This document shows positions 1-5,445 of a stretch of 11,082 nt of DNA, piece after piece. The notes beneath the pieces were generated by a model that saw only the letters and a program-made list of their open reading frames with translations, made no database searches and was not told the DNA's origin. Positions within the stretch are counted from its first letter, which is position 1; every line of letters starts with the position of its first letter. The DNA is from Candidatus Eiseniibacteriota bacterium (GTDB lineage Bacteria > Eisenbacteria > RBG-16-71-46 > JABDJR01 > JAWXBZ01), in NCBI GenBank assembly GCA_034440375.1, contig JAWXBZ010000171.1, positions 1 to 11,082 of the forward strand, in the 5' to 3' direction. Position numbers and translations under genes: made by a program.

Positions 1-228
1 CCGCGCGCGCGCGGCCTCGACATCAATTTCATCCTCGATGACCTGGTGGTGACCCAGCGAGATGGCCGGCGGCGACCAGGTGTACAGGCGGAAGACGGGT
101 GGCGAGGTGGGATCGGCCTCGGCGATTTCGAACAGCGCGGTGTCGCGCGCCATCTGCTCGGCCCCGGTGGCGGGGCCGTCGAACGTGAAGCGCCAGTTAG
201 CGGACGATGGTGAAGCCGAGCCAGTCAC
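1..228 (-). CDS. Lipoate-protein ligase A family protein (LipM/LplA-like), N-terminal part; runs off the left edge
   Basis: Not in the ORF track. Manual translation of the minus strand from 195 gives WRFTFDGPATGAEQMARDTALFEIAEADPTSPPVFRLYTWSPPAISLGHHQVIEDEIDVEAARAR, matching the LplA/LipM N-terminus (G..nMA.D.AL ... lRlY.W..PaiSlG..Q ... eid.e). Nearest in-frame start is GTG at 228, overlapping the upstream gene by 32 nt without a clear SD, so the start is uncertain. Confidence 0.85.
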   Translation of the reverse strand, partial: MTGSASPSSANWRFTFDGPATGAEQMARDTALFEIAEADPTSPPVFRLYTWSPPAISLGHHQVIEDEIDVEAARAR

Positions 229-892
229 CGTACAGGAAGCGGAGGCGTTCGAGGAGGAGCGAGATGCGGGACATGACGGTGAAGCCGAAGGAGGCGCCGA
301 AGGAGAGCATCAGGAAGTAGACGCCGACCTTGGCGGTTGCGCCGACGGGGCCCTTGTGTTCGAGGCTGAAGAAGAAAAAGATCAGCGTCGTGATGAGGCC
401 GACGATCAGGAGAATGTTGCCGAACATCCAGAGGATGCCGAGGAGTTTGCCGCCGATTCCAGAGGCATTGTTGAAGCCCGTGACGGAATCGGGATCGACA
501 AGTGGCAACAGGTTGGCCTGGACCTGGCTGATCAGATCTCCCTGGGCGTTGCCGATGATGGCCAGGCCGGCAAAAGCTCCGACCATGAATCCGATCGGCC
601 AGCGGCTGAGCCAGCTGATCGACGGGACGAAGCGCGACAGCAGTAGTATCGAGAGGCCAATCGGCACGATATACCAGAAGTAGTTCAAGTCCTTCGGGCC
701 CGCCAGGATGGGGTCAATCAGGTTCGGGATCAGCGTATTCCGGTAATAAATCGTGAAGTAGTAGCCGGCGGCCAGGCCGACGAACAGGTACTCGGCGAAC
801 TTATAGACCGGGTTGTCGCGGTACAGATACGAATAAATCGCAAGCGTCAGGAGCGCGCTGACCCAGATCCAGACTTCGGTGGAGATGTTCAT
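197..892 (-). CDS. Hypothetical multi-pass membrane protein, 231 aa, about 6 TM
   Basis: C-terminal part of the tracked 690-aa ORF. ATG at 892 overlaps the upstream TGA (ATGA, 889-892) after a G-rich SD-like run. MNISTEVWIWVSALLTLAIYSYLYRDNPVYKFAEYLFVG... is hydrophobic and protein-like, whereas the upstream 459 aa of the tracked ORF are Arg/Gly/His-rich off-frame sequence. Confidence 0.88.
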   Translation of the reverse strand: MNISTEVWIWVSALLTLAIYSYLYRDNPVYKFAEYLFVGLAAGYYFTIYYRNTLIPNLIDPILAGPKDLNYFWYIVPIGLSILLLSRFVPSISWLSRWPIGFMVGAFAGLAIIGNAQGDLISQVQANLLPLVDPDSVTGFNNASGIGGKLLGILWMFGNILLIVGLITTLIFFFFSLEHKGPVGATAKVGVYFLMLSFGASFGFTVMSRISLLLERLRFLYGDWLGFTIVR

Positions 893-1719
893 CGCGCCCC
901 CGCCTTCTTCTTGTTGACGACGTACAGGACGTTCCCCATCAGGATCAGGGCGATGACCGCCAGGTGGCCCATGGACTGCGCGGGCATGCCGGCGGTGGCA
1001 TCCCCCTTCACTCCGACGCGCGCTTCGTACTTGGCCGCGCCGCCCAGCCCGCCGAGGAGTCCCGACAGCTGGCCGGACTGGTAGTAGGGATAGTATTCGG
1101 GAGCCGACACGCCGGTGCAGCCGGAGAGCATCGGGACGGCGTACCGGGTGCGGACCTGCTGCACCCATTCCTTCGTGCCGGGGTAGCCCGCCGATATGTT
1201 CACGATCAGCTTGGTGTCCGTCAGCTTGTCCACCTGCTGCATCAGCGGCAGATCCTTCGTGGGTTTTCCGGAGTAGTCCTGGGGGAAAACGCCGGAGATG
1301 CTGTTGGCGATCTGGACCATGATGACTTCGCGTCCCGCCTTGAAACCGAGGAAGACATAGTCGGTGCCGTACTCCTTGTTCATCTTCCCGGCCATGTCGC
1401 GCAGGATGGCGTCGACGATGCCCGGCCCGGTATCCCAGAGCGTGAAGCAGACGATCTTGCAGTTCTTCCGCCAGAGATGGGTGAGCGCCGAGCGCATCAT
1501 CGGCTCGAGTTCCGCCACGCTCCCCGGGTCGAAATCGGCCGGGAAGAAGACAACCGAGCCGTCCGGGAGTTTCTCGATGGTTTCGTAGTAGTCGTCGACT
1601 TCCTTGCTGGAGGGAATCGGCATGTCGAGCCGCACCAGCACCGGAATGGAAACGGCGATCAGCATGATGACGAAGATGATTCGGCGGTCGAGCTTTTCGA
1701 GGCGCTGCATCCAGTCCAT
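889..1719 (-). CDS. Hypothetical protein, 276 aa, N- and C-terminal TM anchors around an alpha/beta soluble domain
   Basis: SD GGGAGG upstream of the ATG. N-terminal TM IIFVIMLIAVSIPVLV follows RR; C-terminal TM LAVIALILMGNVLYVV precedes NKKK. Central region alternates strand-like and helix-like segments and contains GCTGVSAPEYYPYYQSGQLSGLLGGLGGAAKYE. Confidence 0.88.
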   Translation of the reverse strand: MDWMQRLEKLDRRIIFVIMLIAVSIPVLVRLDMPIPSSKEVDDYYETIEKLPDGSVVFFPADFDPGSVAELEPMMRSALTHLWRKNCKIVCFTLWDTGPGIVDAILRDMAGKMNKEYGTDYVFLGFKAGREVIMVQIANSISGVFPQDYSGKPTKDLPLMQQVDKLTDTKLIVNISAGYPGTKEWVQQVRTRYAVPMLSGCTGVSAPEYYPYYQSGQLSGLLGGLGGAAKYEARVGVKGDATAGMPAQSMGHLAVIALILMGNVLYVVNKKKAGAR

Positions 1720-1722
1720 GGT

Positions 1723-2373
1723 CTACTCGCCTCCCACGTAGTTGCGTTCGAGGCCGAGAATGACCTTCATGCCGGTGGCAATGGCGCCGAGGGCGGCGCC
1801 GATCAGGATGGCCCGCTTGGCCGCCAGGTTGGGCACGTTCATGATCCAGGCGGACAGGCCGGGCATGCCATCCCACAGGAGCGAACCGATCGGCACCTGG
1901 CCGATCATGATGATGACGGCGGTAACCCCGAGGATCGTCGCTTCGGGGCTCCGAATCTTGAAGGCACGGTAGGCGGCCGAGGCGATGAAGAAGGCCAGCA
2001 ACGAGAACATGGTTCCCTGCATCGGCACGTACATCTGGTTGTAGACCTTGTCGAAAACGCTCCCCCCCTCGTGGCCGCCCCAGGTCAGGCCGCCGATGGT
2101 GGCGGATTTCGGGAGGAAGACTCCGAACGCGATCATGAGGACGATGGCAAGAAGCAGCACCATGGCATACGGCGCGTCCGGGTGCTTGCGCGACACCTTG
2201 TCCAGGTTGATGCGGGCCACGTTGGCCACGCCCAGCATCTGCGAGATGGCGATCAGGATCAGCGTCCAATCGCGCATGCGGGTGGCCACGCTCGATACCG
2301 GCGGAAAGAAGAAGTCCATCACCATGACCCAGCCGATGACGATGGTGATCAGAATTGGAATTTCGCGGCGCAT
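1723..2373 (-). CDS. Hypothetical multi-pass membrane protein, 216 aa, about 6 TM
   Basis: SD GGGAGAGGA directly upstream. Several hydrophobic segments and TMFSLLAFFIASAAYRAFKIR; ends ILIGAALGAIATGMKVILGLERNYVGGE. Confidence 0.88.
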   Translation of the reverse strand: MRREIPILITIVIGWVMVMDFFFPPVSSVATRMRDWTLILIAISQMLGVANVARINLDKVSRKHPDAPYAMVLLLAIVLMIAFGVFLPKSATIGGLTWGGHEGGSVFDKVYNQMYVPMQGTMFSLLAFFIASAAYRAFKIRSPEATILGVTAVIIMIGQVPIGSLLWDGMPGLSAWIMNVPNLAAKRAILIGAALGAIATGMKVILGLERNYVGGE

Positions 2374-2388
2374 TCCTCTCCCTTGAGT

Positions 2389-3303
2389 CTACTTGGGCTG
2401 CATCCAGGCCTTGAAGCCGTGAATTTGTAATTGCTCCAGGAGTACGCCGATGAGAATCGTGGCCATCAGGACGCCTTTCATGACGTCCGTGGCTTTCAGC
2501 GTCCCGACCAGGCCCGGTTCGCGGGAGAGGTAGGCGGTGGCAGCGTAGAATTCCTCGCCGACCAGCGCGTAATCGCAGGCCACCACAAAGAACGGCAGCT
2601 GGTGGATGTTGGCTGTCCCGGCAATCTGGATGGCCCCGGTCATGATGCCGGTTTCCGCAAGGACAAGACTCTCGGCGAAGAACGAGCCGAGGTAGATGTT
2701 GGCCGCCGGCTTCTCCCGATTCATGATGCCATTGACGGCCGCCGTAAAGGCAAACTGCTCATCCGAAAGAAAGCGGACATTGTTTGGATTGTAGGCGTCC
2801 GGCCGACCCGCCGCGGCATAGCCTGATTTGACGGCTTCCTCGGCCATCGGCGTCACGATGGCCTTCCCCACCGGCACGATCAGCGGCGTGTCGTACTGTG
2901 CCACCCTCTTCGCCACGTGGTTCAGGATGATCATGGAATAGATCGTCTGGATGTTGGTGGCGTCATCGATGCCCGGCACGTACAAAATGGGCTTGCCCAT
3001 TTCGGTGGCACGGCCGATGGCCTCTTCGATGGCATCGAGGCCCGGCATGTTGCGGATGAAGAGACTCTTTCCCCTCCGCGCTTCCTGAATGTAAAACAGG
3101 ATGATCAGGGTAAATGCGACGATCGGAATCAGTATGTTCAGTCGGTCCACGTCGAACCACACGGTAGGTGCCGGGGCGGCTTCCTGGGCGAGGGCGATGG
3201 TTGCGGTGGCAAGGATGGCGAAGCTGGTGAGTAGGGCGGCGGTGAATCGGGAGGCGAGGACTTTCAGCCAGGATCTCAACCGGGTCAGTCCCAGAACCGC
3301 CAT
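2389..3303 (-). CDS. DUF6754-like membrane-anchored protein, 304 aa
   Basis: IRNMPGLDAIEEAIGRATEMGKPILYVPG and QLPFFVVACDYALVGEEFYAATAYL resemble DUF6754 as I recall it (not searched). Signal-peptide-like N-terminus ending ATIALA-QE, one TM, a soluble domain and a C-terminal TM. SD-like GGTGGGGGA upstream. Confidence 0.8.
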   Translation of the reverse strand: MAVLGLTRLRSWLKVLASRFTAALLTSFAILATATIALAQEAAPAPTVWFDVDRLNILIPIVAFTLIILFYIQEARRGKSLFIRNMPGLDAIEEAIGRATEMGKPILYVPGIDDATNIQTIYSMIILNHVAKRVAQYDTPLIVPVGKAIVTPMAEEAVKSGYAAAGRPDAYNPNNVRFLSDEQFAFTAAVNGIMNREKPAANIYLGSFFAESLVLAETGIMTGAIQIAGTANIHQLPFFVVACDYALVGEEFYAATAYLSREPGLVGTLKATDVMKGVLMATILIGVLLEQLQIHGFKAWMQPK

Positions 3304-3366
3304 CGACGTTCCCCCACCAGATGTAAACGACCGAACGGCCCGGATCGACCGAATTGGATCGGTACG

Positions 3367-4263
3367 CTAACGGCCTGCGGAGCCGCCGTCAAGCGCCGTG
3401 ATGAGCGCGGCCACCCGCCGTCCAATTTCGTCGCGGATCTCGTTGAACTCGGCCGGCGCCATCGCGCGGGGATCCGGCAGGGCCCAGTCCTCGCGTCGCT
3501 CCGCCGGCACCCAGGGACAGGCGTCGCCGCATCCCATCGTGATGACGGCGGCATACGGACCGGGATGAATGTCATCCAATGAACGACTTCGGTGCGTGGT
3601 GAGGTCGTAGCCGAGTTCGGCCATCGTCAGGATCGCGCGCGGATTGATCTGGCCCGACGGGCGTGAGCCGGCGCTGAATACCTCGATCCGACCGGCGCCC
3701 TGAATTCGCCCAAAAGCCTCCGCCATCTGACTGCGGTTTGAGTTCTCGACGCAAACGAACAGGATTCGCGGCTTGCCGGTCAGCAGCGATTTTTCCGACC
3801 AGAAGGTGTCATGCCATCGGCCAAACTTCCAGCCGACCCGGTGGAAGATGCCGATCGGCGTGAAGCCGAGCGAATTGTGCAGGGCGACGCTGGCGTCGTT
3901 CGGCAGTGTGATGCCGGCTAGCGCGGTGGCATATCCCCGATCCGAGAGCATCGGGAGGAGCGCCTCGTAAAGGCGTCGGCCAATGCCTTTGCCATGGTGG
4001 TCGGCCGACACGTAAACTGACGTCTCGGTCGACCAGCGATAAGCGGCCCTGGCCCGATGGGTGCCACCATAGGCGTAGCCCACGACGCGGCCAGCCTCCT
4101 CGAAAACCAGCCAGGTCCACGACTCCAGGGCCTTCGCGATGCGGGCTTCGAACTCGGCAATTGTGGGCACGTCCGCCTCGAATGACGCGATGCCCTCGAC
4201 CACCGCCGGGCGGTAGATGGCGAGGCAGGCGGCGGCGTCCATGGTTGTGGCCAATCGGATCAT
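3367..4263 (-). CDS. Fusion of a phosphinothricin/arsinothricin N-acetyltransferase-like GNAT (ArsN1/Pat family, aa 1-160) and an LMW-PTP-fold arsenate reductase (ArsC-like, aa 163-298)
   Basis: GNAT motifs ASFE..P, GYAY...R.RAAY, SVYV....GKGIG..LY, AGITLPNDASVALH..LGF, VGWKFGRWHD. ArsC motifs: ILFVC171VENSNR177SQMAE (CX5R P-loop), SAGSRP, VITMGC245GDAC249P, W.LPD264P. Confidence 0.9.
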   Translation of the reverse strand: MIRLATTMDAAACLAIYRPAVVEGIASFEADVPTIAEFEARIAKALESWTWLVFEEAGRVVGYAYGGTHRARAAYRWSTETSVYVSADHHGKGIGRRLYEALLPMLSDRGYATALAGITLPNDASVALHNSLGFTPIGIFHRVGWKFGRWHDTFWSEKSLLTGKPRILFVCVENSNRSQMAEAFGRIQGAGRIEVFSAGSRPSGQINPRAILTMAELGYDLTTHRSRSLDDIHPGPYAAVITMGCGDACPWVPAERREDWALPDPRAMAPAEFNEIRDEIGRRVAALITALDGGSAGR

Positions 4264-4269
4264 GTCTTG

Positions 4270-4275
4270 ACTATA
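4270..4275 (-). promoter_or_regulatory. Putative -10 element TATAGT of a leaderless promoter for the arsN-arsC fusion
   Basis: Minus strand reads TATAGT-CAAGAC-ATG, with 6 nt between the hexamer and the ATG, and no SD near the ATG. No recognisable -35 at 17 nt spacing. Confidence 0.4.
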
Positions 4276-4310
4276 CTGGATGAGATCGGCCGCCTCCCGG
4301 TCGCCGGCAA

Positions 4311-5432
4311 CTACCCCTCGATCATCTCCACGTTCGCACGCGGCACAACCGCTTCCTTGCCGTCGGCGAACTTGACCTTGAGGACACGGGCGTGTGATTC
4401 GGTTTCGAGGGCGCGGAGCTCCGGCGGAAGTTCGGTCACGATGCCCAGATGGCCGAAGTAGGGCTCGCGGATGACCCGGATGGAGCTGCCGATGTCGAGG
4501 CCGCCGGCGAAGTCGGCTTCGACATGATCGGCGGAAACGGTGGTCATCGGGACCAGGATTTCGGGGCGCTGAACGCCGGCGCGGATCTGCGTGGCGCCGT
4601 TGATCGAGGTGACCTGGCCGTCCATGGAACCGAGAAGATCGAAGGTCTTTTTCGCCATGGTCAGGCGGCCGAACCCCTCGGTCACGATCACGGTGATGCC
4701 GATGGTCTCGTTGCCGGTGATGGCCACACCCAGGTCGTAACCGAGCAGCAGGCGCAGTTCCTCGGCATCGATGCCGCCGATGACGATACCGCGGGCGCCC
4801 CGTTCCTTCGCCTTCATAATTGTCTGTCGGTTGACCTGACTGCCGCCAACCAGAATGAGCCCGGAGCAGTCGGCCGGGAGCTTGTCGTCGGACAAGACCT
4901 CTTCCGGCGAGGACACCACCCGCTTGAGCCGGCCGGCCGTCTCGCCGCCGACGCCGAAGATCCCCTGGATGAAGGCCCCGCTGGCTTCCACGACGACTCC
5001 CTCCCGGGGCATCACCTCGATGACGGTTCCCTCGATGTAGGCGTCCACCTCGACTGGAATGGGCGCCTCCCGGAGCGTGATCTGGCCGGTGATTTCGGAA
5101 ACCGACTCCAGCATGCCCGTGGTATTGGCTTTGGCCTCCGATTTGAACATGCCGAAGAAGGATTTGCTTTGCGCCACGATCTGGCCGTCGGTGACCATCT
5201 CCCCCACCTTGACGATCATGGCCGATGGAACATCGGCCGCCGGAAGTCCCAGGACGTTGGCTACGTTCACCGTTCGGACATTTCCGGGGAGCTCGGTGCG
5301 GGCCACGACCGTATCGGCCGAGACTTTGGCGCCGACCTGGACCATCACTTCGCCCGGAAGCGGCAGGCGGCGTGTCTTCAGCAGTGTCGTCCGGCCGGTG
5401 ACGCGGAGGCCGGGAGTATAGGCGTGTGCCAC
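4311..5432 (-). CDS. Hypothetical protein, 373 aa: barrel-sandwich-hybrid motifs, central alpha/beta domain, C-terminal KOW/SH3-like domain
   Basis: Start reassigned to GTG 5432, behind the strong SD AAAGGAGG. Motifs VMVQVGAKVSADTVVA and MIVKVGEMVTDGQIVA...ANTTGMLESV. C-terminus LDIGSSIRVIREPYFGHLGIV...VVPRANVEMI is KOW-like. Confidence 0.85.
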   Translation of the reverse strand: MAHAYTPGLRVTGRTTLLKTRRLPLPGEVMVQVGAKVSADTVVARTELPGNVRTVNVANVLGLPAADVPSAMIVKVGEMVTDGQIVAQSKSFFGMFKSEAKANTTGMLESVSEITGQITLREAPIPVEVDAYIEGTVIEVMPREGVVVEASGAFIQGIFGVGGETAGRLKRVVSSPEEVLSDDKLPADCSGLILVGGSQVNRQTIMKAKERGARGIVIGGIDAEELRLLLGYDLGVAITGNETIGITVIVTEGFGRLTMAKKTFDLLGSMDGQVTSINGATQIRAGVQRPEILVPMTTVSADHVEADFAGGLDIGSSIRVIREPYFGHLGIVTELPPELRALETESHARVLKVKFADGKEAVVPRANVEMIEG

Positions 5433-5436
5433 GATT

Positions 5437-5444
5437 CCTCCTTT
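5437..5444 (-). promoter_or_regulatory. Shine-Dalgarno sequence AAAGGAGG
   Basis: TGA-CAAAGGAGGAATC-GTG between the ATPase stop (5446) and GTG 5432. Confidence 0.85.
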
Positions 5445-5445
5445 G

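Noticed and set aside
2-13. (CG)n dinucleotide run at the left edge
   Set aside because: Simply Ala/Arg codons (AARAR) within the ligase gene.
893-2269. N-terminal 459 aa of the tracked 690-aa ORF (197..2269) as a long overlapping gene
   Set aside because: Arg/Gly/His/Pro-rich off-frame translation of two real genes in GC-rich DNA; only 197..892 looks like a protein and has a coupled ATG.
4267-4295. Plus-strand TTGACT as the -35 of an antisense promoter
   Set aside because: No -10-like hexamer at 16-18 nt spacing (the sequence there is GC-rich).
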